This document shows, piece after piece, positions 1 through 14,325 of a stretch of DNA of 64,000 nucleotides (position 1 is its first letter; every line of letters starts with the position of its first letter). Position numbers and translations under genes: made by a program. A model generated the notes under the pieces. It was not told the origin of the DNA, did no database searches, and saw only the letters and a list, made by a program, of their open reading frames with translations. The DNA comes from Eledone cirrhosa (taxonomy: Eukaryota). The DNA lies in the NCBI GenBank assembly GCA_964016885.1, contig OZ024740.1, positions 245,086,001 to 245,150,000 on the forward strand. Reading direction: 5' to 3'.

Positions 1-99
1 CATGTATATACACACACCGAACTGCTTTTAACCCTTTGTGTTTTCATTGGTCAATTTTGAACTGATATTTTGAATTGTTGTTATTATCAATAAATATAC

Positions 100-254
100 T
101 TCATTATTTCTGAAGACGGCGTATATATGTGTTAGGTATGTATATTTAATCTTGATAATTTGTATAATTTTGTATAATTTTGTACATAGATTTGTTGAAT
201 ATGCATACCAATTATAACACATATATACCCTAGAAACGATCGTTAAATAATGAA
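100..254 (+). ncRNA. Type I hammerhead ribozyme with enlarged stem II
   Basis: Stem I is ttcattattt (100-109) with aaataatgaa (245-254). Core CTGAAGA at 110-116. Stem II gtatatatgtgtta/taacacatatatac closes a long loop. GAAA at 233-236, palindromic stem III cgatcg, GTT cleavage triplet at 242-244. Confidence 0.8.
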
Positions 255-971
255 CTTTTTTTGTTTAATATAAGGAATTGTTTATTCATTATTTGCTTAA
301 TATTTTATCTTGACTCTGTATACCGTTTATCTTTCACCGAAAGTGGATTTTCATTACATCTCTTCTTTCCATGATATCCGGAATACATTGAGTTCTTCAT
401 ACGGATTGGACACTACCGTAAACTCTTGGTAGATTTATCTACATATATATATATATATATATATAAGCACTTTAATACATGAATACACTTACATCTAACT
501 ATACACATCAAACATATATATATATTTACTTATTTATATACATTTTCACATATATATACATACTTATGGACGTTTTTAGACACATTCATTATCGCATATT
601 TGCACCTATTCTCATCAGCATATCTTTCCATTATTAGTGTGGTAATTTAAGGTTATTAATATATATTGAGAAGAGATTGTTTTTATATTTTTCTAACTAG
701 ATTGAGGTTTATATAGTTGGGGGGATGTCCCTCTTTTATGTAATATTCGGCTTGTAGTGGGAAAAAAGGGTTTTAGTTCTGTGACGGCAGAATAATGTTC
801 GTTCAATTCTGTTATTCAGCAATTTCTTCTTGTGTGTGATTATGTAATAAATCTCAAGATTACACAATTTGCAGAAATTTTGGCTCCTGGAAAAGCTTTG
901 GGTTTTAGCTAATTTCTCCCATTTTAGGGTAAACTTTTGATCGCTATCCCTGAGCGTCCAAGCTTTTTCTG

Positions 972-2746
<1,775 letters not shown>

Positions 2747-2875
2747 GGCGTGTGGCTGAGTGGTTAGAGAATTGGATTCGCAATCGTGAGGTTGTGAGTT
2801 CGATTCCCGGATCGGGCGATGCGTTATGTCCTTGAGCAAGACACTTTATTTCACGTTGCTCCTTCTACCTGGAGT
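2747..2875 (+). mobile_element. tRNA-derived SINE with CORE-like domain
   Basis: A box tggctgagtgg and B box gagttcgattcc, followed by tgtccttgagcaagacactt. Confidence 0.8.
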
Positions 2876-2934
2876 TGCGACCGATAGATAGTATTAGCAA
2901 TTCCTCGGTCCGATTTGACGAATGTCGATCTTTC

Positions 2935-2985
<51 letters not shown>

Positions 2986-3280
2986 ACATATATATATATA
3001 TATATATAATTATACAATAAAGTATGTCCATAGAATCATTTGATAAAATATATACAGTATTTCTCCTCCCAATCAGCATAATCAACCCACACAAAAAAAA
3101 AACAATTAACAAGGCTATACGATTAAAAGGCACCCATGAACAAATAATAGATAAATAAACGACAGCTATCTATCCGCGATCAACAGCTATAGAATATTTA
3201 CCCACCATTTCTAATAGCATGTGGAAATCGATTAAATATATCGTCAACCATACACAATTAGGTATAAAATCAAAGTTAGA

Positions 3281-3321
<41 letters not shown>

Positions 3322-3415
3322 CAATAGTAACATAAACAGGTAAGAAAAAGAAAAAGAAAAATTATATATATATATATATATATATACATATCTGAGTCTA
3401 AACTCTAAGCTATTT

Positions 3416-3449
<34 letters not shown>

Positions 3450-3543
3450 ACATATATATATATATATATAGCAACAGAACCAGAACGCGGGACGCATCGG
3501 AAGCCGGACAGGCCCAACTAGCACACCGGAACTCAACGACCCT

Positions 3544-4050
3544 GTGCTGATTGCGGAGGCTACCCAGCCAACCCCGAGTGATCCTAACCACGCGGTACAT
3601 GTGGTGGGGCTTAAGAAGTCATGTAATTGCAGAGATCCGTCGCTATGCCCCCTTAGTAATGAATGCATGACCAAAAACGTGGTATACAGGTGCAAGGTCA
3701 CAACCCCTAACTCGGAGCACCACTACATAGGATCCACAGCGACGAGCTTCAAAGCTCGGTGGTATAACCATCGCCATTCCTTTAACAGAATAGATAAGAG
3801 CAAATGTACGGCCCTTTCTGAACTGATCTGGAAGCTCAAACTTGAAAAGACCCCGTAATCACTGGTCTGGTCCGTGGTTAGAAAGGTTCCACCAGACAGA
3901 GGCGGGTCTGGTATTTGCAACCTCCGTCTTAGTGAGACACTCGAGATTCTTCATGGCGGAACCAAGCTATTAAACAGAAGGGCCGACTTATTCGGTGCCT
4001 GCAGACACCTAAGAACGGGGACGGGAACTTTCCTCAAGCTATACGGATAA
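3544..4050 (+). pseudogene. Penelope-like GIY-YIG endonuclease domain with a premature TAA at 3856-3858
   Basis: SCNCRDPSLCPLSNECMTKNVVYRC...YIGSTATSFKARWYNHRHSF...LSELIWKLK, continuing in frame after the stop as SLVWSVV...ICNLRLSE...LLNRRADLFGACRH...LYG*. Confidence 0.9.
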
Positions 4051-5144
4051 ACCCCGGTTACGGCCTCCCCCCCCCCCCCGTACCAATGACCATTGGACAA
4101 CAACAACCACCCATGGTTTGCGGTCCTTATGGTGGATGGTCCACCGGATCCTCTACTGATTAGGAGTCATCTAAACAATGTTTTATTGAACCTGATTTTA
4201 TATATATATATATATGTATATATGTATCATGTGCATATATATGTGTATTTTATGTGTGTGTGTATGCGTATCTTTTATATATGTGTGCGTATCTGTATGT
4301 ATACATTTTATATATATATGTGTGTATGTTGTGTGTATTTATATATATATATGTATGTCTTACGTGTGTATATATTTTGTGTGTGCGTGTGTACCTATGT
4401 ATATATATATTTTTTTATCTTTTTGTATGTATATATTTCATATATATGCATGTTCTGTGTATATATATATTTTCTATATATGTATATATATATATGTGTA
4501 TACTTGTGCGTACATGCATGCATGCATATGTATATATGCACACCTGCATGGATTTGTGTGTGTAGATGTGTGTGTGTCTGAGGGGGTAGGTGTGAGTGTA
4601 TGTACAAGTCAACCAGCATAAACCCTTTATTTCTAAATTTTCTAAACTATCTAAGTATTGGACTCTAACCATTATATTAAGTATTACCACCCCACTTTTT
4701 GTATGTGGATGTGTGCATGTGTCTGTGGAGGTGTGTGTGAGTGTAGTGCAAGCCAACCTACATAAGCCTTTTTATTTGTAAACTTTCTACTCCAACCATA
4801 AATTTCAGTAGCACCACTCCACATAAACCCTCAATTTAAGAATGACCTGTACTATCTATTTCATACTATTAACCCTTATTTAAAAATATATCTGACCAAG
4901 AATGCCTTTTGTGAAAATCAGCCATGTGGAACTATTGTCATCTTGCCTGATGGTTTGAACCCTACAGAACCACCTGCCTCTTTGAGGTCAAATACCAACC
5001 CTACTACCATCTACAAACTGACCAATGAGAATCAAGATTATTCCTGCTGACAACATCAAAATATTCCTAACAAGCTCATATATCCCAAGGCTCTGATACC
5101 ATCAATAAGATAAACACAGAGCTGGCATATCTAAGAACTGACTA

Positions 5145-5200
5145 ACTGCCTGATGAGGTCATAGCCATTCAATGGCTATCATCGAAATATATATAGCAGT
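5145..5200 (+). ncRNA. Type I hammerhead ribozyme
   Basis: actgc-CTGATGA-ggtc-atagccatt/aatggctat-catc-GAAA-tatata-TA-gcagt. Confidence 0.85.
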
Positions 5201-5241
5201 AAATAAAGGATTATGAGTTCATGCAATTGACTTATGTTTCG

Positions 5242-5305
<64 letters not shown>

Positions 5306-5336
5306 AAGAATCAAAGAACTGTTCAAAACATTACTA

Positions 5337-5383
5337 TGCTTACAGCTGTTTCCTCCAAACCGAGGTTTGGATTCTTCGGAGCA
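5337..5383 (-). ncRNA. Type I hammerhead ribozyme, U4C core variant (mirror of 5919-5965)
   Basis: Reverse complement of 5919-5965. Confidence 0.7.
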
Positions 5384-5918
5384 ATTTATTAATGCATGGA
5401 CAGTTATATGACCTCCTTTTCAGCCGAGAGACATACCAATACATATTCAAACATTGATACATATTCAAACATTGTGGGTCAACATTCATTACAGAATTTA
5501 GAGTGGCAGTACACACTTCGAGATTACATTTATATTGATATTTCTCCACACACAGACTACATCAATCATATAAAGACTTTGCCACCAGATCTACCAACCT
5601 AATACTCTTATTTACCTACCTAAGTGCCTCTACCACACATATCTCTCTGCCACACTATATAAACAAGACGCACATGCGTGCCACACATATAACATTTGCA
5701 CTATATAACCACTTATCTTCATGTTGTACTTTAACCTATATCTTTGATTTTTGATTGTACCTATTAATATAAATGTAATCTCGAAGTGTGTACTGCCACT
5801 CTAAATTCTGTAATGAATGTTGACCCACAATGTTTGAATATGTATCAATGTTTGAATATGTATTGGTATGTCTCTCGGCTGAAAAGGAGGTCATATAACT
5901 GTCCATGCATTAATAAAT

Positions 5919-5965
5919 TGCTCCGAAGAATCCAAACCTCGGTTTGGAGGAAACAGCTGTAAGCA
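5919..5965 (+). ncRNA. Type I hammerhead ribozyme, U4C core variant
   Basis: tgct-CCGAAGA-a-tccaaacc/ggtttgga-g-GAAA-cagctg-TA-agca. Confidence 0.7.
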
Positions 5966-6298
5966 TAGTAATGTTTTGAACAGTTCTTTGATTCTTATAT
6001 TTCATATAACTGCTCTGTAAATCATCTGATGTTTTTACATTGAGCTACTTAACTTACTGGTAATAAGGTAGTAATACATTACTGCCTACCACTATTTAGG
6101 GTGTGTGTAAAATACTTACAACTGCTTAAGGTTTTGTGTTTACATAACCATAAATAGTATAACTAATACTATATATATATATATATATTCTTAGTACGGC
6201 TGTTACTTAATCCATACGTACATATATATATGTGTGCATGTATGTATATATACATACTACTGTACGTCTGTGTACATATATGTATGCACGTATACATA

Positions 6299-6338
<40 letters not shown>

Positions 6339-6615
6339 AAACTTGGACGGGAACAAAAGCAGAGAGGCAGTACAAATAAAAGTTTATTAGGTTCAAGCTA
6401 TATATATATATATCAAACAGACAGTTATATTATTTGTCAATGATATACTGAAAATCTCAATAAATTATGGCTAAAAATACCACTTAGAGAATGAAATACA
6501 TACGTAGAGTAACTTTTACGAAGTTAACGATGGGAGCGGTAGAACAGTTTTATTTTAGAATAGAATGCTCTGCTAGGAATCTCCAATAGCTAACTTTGTA
6601 AAAGTTATATATATA

Positions 6616-7184
6616 TCTGTATATATATAAAGCTGAAGTTTTCTCTGTGTGTGGACAATTTTTAATGAGGGCTCATATATTCTAAACCATTCGTGCGATT
6701 TCTTTGAAATTTTTTACAGAGCTTCTCCTTTCACAAAACCTGTACATGCTTTCAAAAATCGACATTGGAGCCTTTGGAGACATTTAAAAAGTTTCGGTTA
6801 TTTGTGTCAATTTTCGTGATTAAGTAAGACAAGAGTTATCTTTCGTCAATACAATAGGAACTCATTTTTGATGTCAAAAATTTTGTTTTGGGATTTTGAT
6901 TATTACAATTCGGCTCATTCGGATTTTACTACACTCTTTGTACTTGAAACAAAAGGTTTTACTGTTGTCAAAAAAAATGCATACCTAGACTGGATTTCTG
7001 TTGTTACATGGGATAACGGATGACACCGAGCTCACATATTAATTATTTCGCTGGAATAGTGCCTTAGATTTTCATGTTTACATAGAGTACGTTTTTCTTC
7101 TATGTATTCAAATTTACTTTGTTTAGTGTAATGAGCTACATCGAAAGCTACTTGAACCGTCCAAAGGACGGGTACTTTAGCTAG
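6616..7184 (+). mobile_element. Non-autonomous Helitron-like element
   Basis: 5' A|TC start, subterminal hairpin ccgtcc-aaa-ggacgg, 3' CTAG|T end. Confidence 0.7.
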
Positions 7185-7197
7185 TATATATATATAT

Positions 7198-7572
7198 CTT
7201 CTTCGCCCACATATTCCCGAGAGGGTCGTGGGGGAAGAGTCCTCAAACACTCCTTCCGTCGGGTCCTGTCAGAAGCAACCGTCGCCAACTGATCCGGTTG
7301 GATCTCCAAGCGTGACCAGCCAAGCTCATGGATGTTATCCAACCATCTTGCTCGGGGTCTAACCCTGGGTTTCTTGCCCGTAAAATTCCTCCAGCTATTC
7401 TTTCCCGAACCATTCTAACCAATTTGGAGAAGTAGCACCTCTACCTCTAGTGAATCTCTGATTCCCAAGTTGCGCACTCTATCGAGTAACCTTACTCCAA
7501 AGAGTCTTCGGAGGAATCCCATTTCGGCTGCTTGTATGTGCGATCGTATTCTTTCGGTCATTACCCAAGATA
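7198..7572 (-). mobile_element. RTE-clade LINE 3' fragment
   Basis: Reverse-complement homologue of 23770-24150 (tcttgggtaatgaccgaaagaat..., ggttgcttctgacaggacc...). Confidence 0.8.
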
Positions 7573-7959
7573 TTAAATTTATGGGGGAAAACTCTATATA
7601 TTTTAGCTATTCTCGCTTATATAAAGTTCTCCCTCTCATGGTTTCATTTGTATCTATCTATCTATATTGTTATACTTGGGGAGGGTCATATTGTTATAAT
7701 ACTGCCAGAAATAATAACAGAACACACTCACTGTTTGGTTAGTTTTCGCTTCTGTATCTTTTATATCTCCATAATTAATTTATTTGGCAATCAATATTTA
7801 TCATTGATTGACCAGCGGTTAAAAATACAACAGGAAGAAACCACTGATGATGTTGCAGATGTGCGACGAAAGAACTTTGATAGACTATCTATAATATTAT
7901 AAAGCTGAGTGTCGTATGTATTATGTATGTATGTATGTATGTATGCATCCTACACACCT

Positions 7960-8510
7960 CTCTATAGTTTGTTATCTTTACTCTCTCCGTCGCTCTTCCC
8001 TCTCTCTATAATAGATCATTCACCCTCTCTATAATTTAACTGCTTTACTCTTTCTGTCGCTCTTCACTCCCAAATATTATAAAGTTGAGCGTCGTCTCTC
8101 TCTCTCTATAATAGATCATTCACCCTCTCTATAATTTAACTGCTTTACTCTCTGTCTCTCTTCACTATCTATAAGACAACACTCTTTTACTTTCCGTTTT
8201 AATTGTATCTCTCTCTGTCTAACAGCCTATCCCTCTCTTTTCCCCTCCCTCTGTTTTTCTGTCGTCGCTCGCATAAGTAACACACACATACACACACACA
8301 TAATATAACATCAAAACAAAACACACAGACACGCACATGCACATACACACATACACAAACACACATACACAAACACGCACGCACATATCTATACTTTATA
8401 TGTATGTGTGTATGTAAGATCATTCCCCCTCTATAATTTAACTTCTTTATTCTCTGTGTCGCTCTTCACTCTATATGATAACACTGTTTTAGTTTCCGTA
8501 TCTCTCTTCA
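7960..8510. repeat. Three dispersed copies of an about 60-90-bp CT-rich unit
   Basis: agatcattcaccctctctataatttaact... near 8013, 8113 and 8417. Confidence 0.7.
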
Positions 8511-8575
<65 letters not shown>

Positions 8576-8775
8576 NNNNNNNNNNNNNNNNNNNNNNNNN
8601 NNNNNNNNNNNNNNNNNNNNNNNNNNNNNNNNNNNNNNNNNNNNNNNNNNNNNNNNNNNNNNNNNNNNNNNNNNNNNNNNNNNNNNNNNNNNNNNNNNNN
8701 NNNNNNNNNNNNNNNNNNNNNNNNNNNNNNNNNNNNNNNNNNNNNNNNNNNNNNNNNNNNNNNNNNNNNNNNNNN
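8576..8775. other. Assembly gap (200 N)
   Basis: Read directly. Confidence 1.
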
Positions 8776-11700
8776 TCTCGACAAAAGCAAGGGAAGTAAT
8801 CTACGCGTTTCATTCTCGTTAGAAATCATCAGGACTACATATCCAGTGCTTTTATCGAGAATGACACAGCTAGAGACTTATAGAATACTTAGCTGTGTAC
8901 AGGAACTGGTTTGAAAGAGCGGTTGCCGGTCCGGCAGAAATTAGAAATTGGAATAAATGCTCTGAAATAGCGATATATATGTGAATATAGACATAGAATA
9001 TTCGAAAATATTCTGTATGTTTATAATAAACATTTTGAAGACCTAATCGCTATAGAATAGAATACGTCACGTATTACAATTAGATTCTCGACAAAAGCAA
9101 GGGAAGTAATCTACGCGTTTCATTCTCGTTAGAAATCATCAGGACTACATATCCAGTGCTTTTATCGAGAATGACACAGCTAGAGACTTATAGAATACTT
9201 AGCTGTGTACAGGAACTGGTTTGAAAGAGCGGTTGCCGGTCCGGCAGAAATTAGAAATTGGAATAAATGCTCTGAAATAGCGATATATATGTGAATATAG
9301 ACATAGAATATTCGAAAATATTCTGTATGTTTATAATAAACATTTTGAAGACCTAATCGCTATAGAATAGAATACGTCACGTATTACAATTAGATTCTCG
9401 ACAAAAGCAAGGGAAGTAATCTACGCGTTTCATTCTCGTTAGAAATCATCAGGACTACATATCCAGTGCTTTTATCGAGAATGACACAGCTAGAGACTTA
9501 TAGAATACTTAGCTGTGTACAGGAACTGGTTTGAAAGAGCGGTTGCCGGTCCGGCAGAAATTAGAAATTGGAATAAATGCTCTGAAATAGCGATATATAT
9601 GTGAATATAGACATAGAATATTCGAAAATATTCTGTATGTTTATAATAAACATTTTGAAGACCTAATCGCTATAGAATAGAATACGTCACGTATTACAAT
9701 TAGATTCTCGACAAAAGCAAGGGAAGTAATCTACGCGTTTCATTCTCGTTAGAAATCATCAGGACTACATATCCAGTGCTTTTATCGAGAATGACACAGC
9801 TAGAGACTTATAGAATACTTAGCTGTGTACAGGAACTGGTTTGAAAGAGCGGTTGCCGGTCCGGCAGAAATTAGAAATTGGAATAAATGCTCTGAAATAG
9901 CGATATATATGTGAATATAGACATAGAATATTCGAAAATATTCTGTATGTTTATAATAAACATTTTGAAGACCTAATCGCTATAGAATAGAATACGTCAC
10001 GTATTACAATTAGATTCTCGACAAAAGCAAGGGAAGTAATCTACGCGTTTCATTCTCGTTAGAAATCATCAGGACTACATATCCAGTGCTTTTATCGAGA
10101 ATGACACAGCTAGAGACTTATAGAATACTTAGCTGTGTACAGGAACTGGTTTGAAAGAGCGGTTGCCGGTCCGGCAGAAATTAGAAATTGGAATAAATGC
10201 TCTGAAATAGCGATATATATGTGAATATAGACATAGAATATTCGAAAATATTCTGTATGTTTATAATAAACATTTTGAAGACCTAATCGCTATAGAATAG
10301 AATACGTCACGTATTACAATTAGATTCTCGACAAAAGCAAGGGAAGTAATCTACGCGTTTCATTCTCGTTAGAAATCATCAGGACTACATATCCAGTGCT
10401 TTTATCGAGAATGACACAGCTAGAGACTTATAGAATACTTAGCTGTGTACAGGAACTGGTTTGAAAGAGCGGTTGCCGGTCCGGCAGAAATTAGAAATTG
10501 GAATAAATGCTCTGAAATAGCGATATATATGTGAATATAGACATAGAATATTCGAAAATATTCTGTATGTTTATAATAAACATTTTGAAGACCTAATCGC
10601 TATAGAATAGAATACGTCACGTATTACAATTAGATTCTCGACAAAAGCAAGGGAAGTAATCTACGCGTTTCATTCTCGTTAGAAATCATCAGGACTACAT
10701 ATCCAGTGCTTTTATCGAGAATGACACAGCTAGAGACTTATAGAATACTTAGCTGTGTACAGGAACTGGTTTGAAAGAGCGGTTGCCGGTCCGGCAGAAA
10801 TTAGAAATTGGAATAAATGCTCTGAAATAGCGATATATATGTGAATATAGACATAGAATATTCGAAAATATTCTGTATGTTTATAATAAACATTTTGAAG
10901 ACCTAATCGCTATAGAATAGAATACGTCACGTATTACAATTAGATTCTCGACAAAAGCAAGGGAAGTAATCTACGCGTTTCATTCTCGTTAGAAATCATC
11001 AGGACTACATATCCAGTGCTTTTATCGAGAATGACACAGCTAGAGACTTATAGAATACTTAGCTGTGTACAGGAACTGGTTTGAAAGAGCGGTTGCCGGT
11101 CCGGCAGAAATTAGAAATTGGAATAAATGCTCTGAAATAGCGATATATATGTGAATATAGACATAGAATATTCGAAAATATTCTGTATGTTTATAATAAA
11201 CATTTTGAAGACCTAATCGCTATAGAATAGAATACGTCACGTATTACAATTAGATTCTCGACAAAAGCAAGGGAAGTAATCTACGCGTTTCATTCTCGTT
11301 AGAAATCATCAGGACTACATATCCAGTGCTTTTATCGAGAATGACACAGCTAGAGACTTATAGAATACTTAGCTGTGTACAGGAACTGGTTTGAAAGAGC
11401 GGTTGCCGGTCCGGCAGAAATTAGAAATTGGAATAAATGCTCTGAAATAGCGATATATATGTGAATATAGACATAGAATATTCGAAAATATTCTGTATGT
11501 TTATAATAAACATTTTGAAGACCTAATCGCTATAGAATAGAATACGTCACGTATTACAATTAGATTCTCGACAAAAGCAAGGGAAGTAATCTACGCGTTT
11601 CATTCTCGTTAGAAATCATCAGGACTACATATCCAGTGCTTTTATCGAGAATGACACAGCTAGAGACTTATAGAATACTTAGCTGTGTACAGGAACTGGT

Positions 11701-11801
11701 TTGAAAGAGCGGTTGCCGGTCCGGCAGAAATTAGAAATTGGAATAAATGCTCTGAAATAGCGATATATATGTGAATATAGACATAGAATATTCGAAAATA
11801 T
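8776..11801 (-). repeat. Tandem array of 310-bp monomers (about 9.8 units visible), each with a minus-strand hammerhead ribozyme; retrozyme-like
   Basis: Period 310 (tctcgacaaaagc at 8776, 9086, 9396 ... 11566). HHRs at 8796-8838 plus 310n, 10 copies, the last at 11586-11628. Confidence 0.95.
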
Positions 11802-12578
11802 GATGATTTCTAACGAGAATGAAACGCGTAGATTACTTCCCTTGCTTTTGTCGAGAATCTAATTGTAATACGTGACGTATTCTATTCTATAGCGATTAGG
11901 TCTTCAAAATGTTTATTATAAACATACAGAATATTTTCGAATATTCTATGTCTATATTCACATATATATCGCTATTTCAGAGCATTTATTCCAATTTCTA
12001 ATTTCTGCCGGACCGGCAACCGCTCTTTCAAACCAGTTCCTGTACACAGCTAAGTATTCTATAAGTCTCTAGCTGTGTCATTCTCGATAAAAGCACTGGA
12101 TATGTAGTCCTGATGATTTCTAACGAGAATGAAACGCGTAGATTACTTCCCTTGCTTTTGTCGAGAATCTAATTGTAATACGTGACGTATTCTATTCTAT
12201 AGCGATTAGGTCTTCAAAATGTTTATTATAAACATACAGAATATTTTCGAATATTCTATGTCTATATTCACATATATATCGCTATTTCAGAGCATTTATT
12301 CCAATTTCTAATTTCTGCCGGACCGGCAACCGCTCTTTCAAACCAGTTCCTGTACACAGCTAAGTATTCTATAAGTCTCTAGCTGTGTCATTCTCGATAA
12401 AAGCACTGGATATGTAGTCCTGATGATTTCTAACGAGAATGAAACGCGTAGATTACTTCCCTTGCTTTTGTCGAGAATCTAATTGTAATACGTGACGTAT
12501 TCTATTCTATAGCGATTAGGTCTTCAAAATGTTTATTATAAACATACAGAATATTTTCGAATATTCTATGTCTATATT

Positions 12579-12585
<7 letters not shown>
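11801..12585 (+). repeat. Inverted continuation of the 310-bp array (about 2.5 units)
   Basis: tgatgatttctaacgag at 11801, 12111 and 12421; reverse complement of the left array; runs into (TA)n. Confidence 0.95.
12080..12168 (+). ncRNA. Type I hammerhead ribozyme of the 310-bp monomer (core 12104-12146; next copy 12414-12456)
   Basis: gtagtc-CTGATGA-t-ttct-aacg-agaa-t-GAAA-cgcg-TA-gattac. Stem I is extended by attctcgataaaagca (12080-12095) pairing with tgcttttgtcgagaat (12153-12168). Confidence 0.9.
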
Positions 12586-12629
<44 letters not shown>

Positions 12630-12654
12630 TTTTAAATACACATATATATACTTT

Positions 12655-12705
<51 letters not shown>

Positions 12706-12730
12706 TTTTAAATACACATATATATACTTT

Positions 12731-12808
<78 letters not shown>

Positions 12809-12865
12809 TATCCCGGGTTCAATCGGGGTTAACCACAGTAAGTAAGGTACTCAATACATAGCAAA

Positions 12866-12985
12866 GTATACATATTTAATATAGTAATGGCTTCTACACG
12901 ACTAGAACTGTTTCAATCGGAAGAAATCATCAGAATGAAACAGTTCTAGTCCCGTAGAAGCCATTTCTATATTAAATATATATAC
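12866..12985. repeat. Small fold-back (12866-12915 and 12936-12985) containing a truncated HHR core on the minus strand
   Basis: Minus strand reads CTGATGA-tttcttccgatt-GAAA-cag-TT-ctagtc; the 5' stem I strand is missing at the inversion junction. Confidence 0.6.
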
Positions 12986-14137
12986 CTATATATATACAAT
13001 AATCTCCACTAACACAACTACCTATCATCAATACCAAAACCACCGCCATTTTCAACCTACAAAATCCCTAATTTCAAACAACACAGATCACTATAGTATG
13101 AACAAGTTAAGTAACTTCATCGTAAAATAAAGTTATAGTACCTTGGTGTATTTAAAAGTTGAATGAAATATCTTAGATCTTATGTTTGCCCATTAAAGTT
13201 TAACCTGTGACTAAACAACAACAATCTTGCAACCACGGTAATCGTCACCATCCCCAGCAACACCAAAACCAGTACAACCAACGCAACTTCCATTGCCATA
13301 TCAACGAGTTAGCAATGTCTCTGTAGTTATATATGTTGTATGACAACACAGCGGAATGTGTGCGGAATGTGTGTTGTCATACAAATAAAGATTGTGGTGT
13401 TTTTCATTACCTATCTCAGAGTTGCAAGCAAGTAGTTCCTATCGACCTCATAATCCTACAATCAACTGTGAACATACAATACTTCATCGCATCTCATTCC
13501 TTCACCTTTACATCTTCTCATTTCTTTTTTTATATCCATAGGAATAAGACAATAATTTTCTGTTCACACAAAATGGTTCTTTCTAAGGAGGTAATATTTG
13601 ATTGATTTAGGAAAGAAACAAATCCGTAAAAATTAGTCAGAAAAACGTTCTCTACACATCCGTTTCATAATGTTTCCGATTTGTATTTGTAAGTTGGCGA
13701 AACATAACGCGGAAAATCTTCTCATCATGCCTTTCAATTTCATGTTGATAATAGATAGTATCAATTAAGATAATGTCAGAGGTTTTTTTGTTTTTTTTTT
13801 GTTCTTTTCCAGAAACCTAATGGCATTTCTATAAATATGAATTTCAAAAATGAAAATAAAGAATTAAAGAATAAAAATATAGTATCTGCATAATCGTTAT
13901 ATAAACATCCGAAAAGATGGGGGGGGGGGGGGGGTTCATGAAATCATATGCATTATAAATAAACGTTATGAGGAAACGAATTGAAGTGTTGTAAGATAAT
14001 TCACCTGTGATAATAAATAAATAAATAATAGACAATCAGATAAATAGATGAATAAGTCTATACAGAGATAGATAAATGTACATAGATAGATAAATATATA
14101 TAGATGCATATAGATACACAGACAGACATATAGATGG

Positions 14138-14325
14138 ATAGGTAGGTAGGTAGGTAGGTAGGTAGGTAGGTGGGTGGGTAGGTAGGTAGGTAGGTAGGTA
14201 GGTAGGTAGGTAGGTAGGTAGGTAGGTAGGTAGGTAGGTAGGTGGGTGGGTAGGTAGGTAGGTAGGTAGGTAGGTAGGTAGGTAGGTAGGTAGGTAGGTA
14301 GGTAGGTAGGTAGGTAGGTAGGTAG
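14138..14325. repeat. (GGTA)n microsatellite
   Basis: Read directly. Confidence 0.98.

Larger units (their letters stand above)
3470..5245 (+). mobile_element. 5'-truncated Penelope-like element between (TA)n tracts
   Basis: Endonuclease domain, long 3' region and HHR at 5145-5200. Confidence 0.75.
5294..6170. mobile_element. Non-coding PLE-type element with inverted arms 5294-5536 and 5766-6008
   Basis: About 243-bp arms read as exact reverse complements, each carrying an HHR; flanked by (TA)n. Confidence 0.8.

Noticed and set aside
2747-2820. Functional tRNA gene
   Set aside because: The acceptor stem is poor and the sequence runs straight into a SINE body.
3856-3858. Recoded (selenocysteine) stop in the PLE endonuclease
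   Set aside because: The codon is TAA, not TGA, and is not at a Cys position; it is a simple nonsense mutation.
8776-12585. CRISPR array, rDNA/5S array or snRNA cluster
   Set aside because: Units are fully identical with no variable spacers and no recognisable rRNA, tRNA or snRNA motif.
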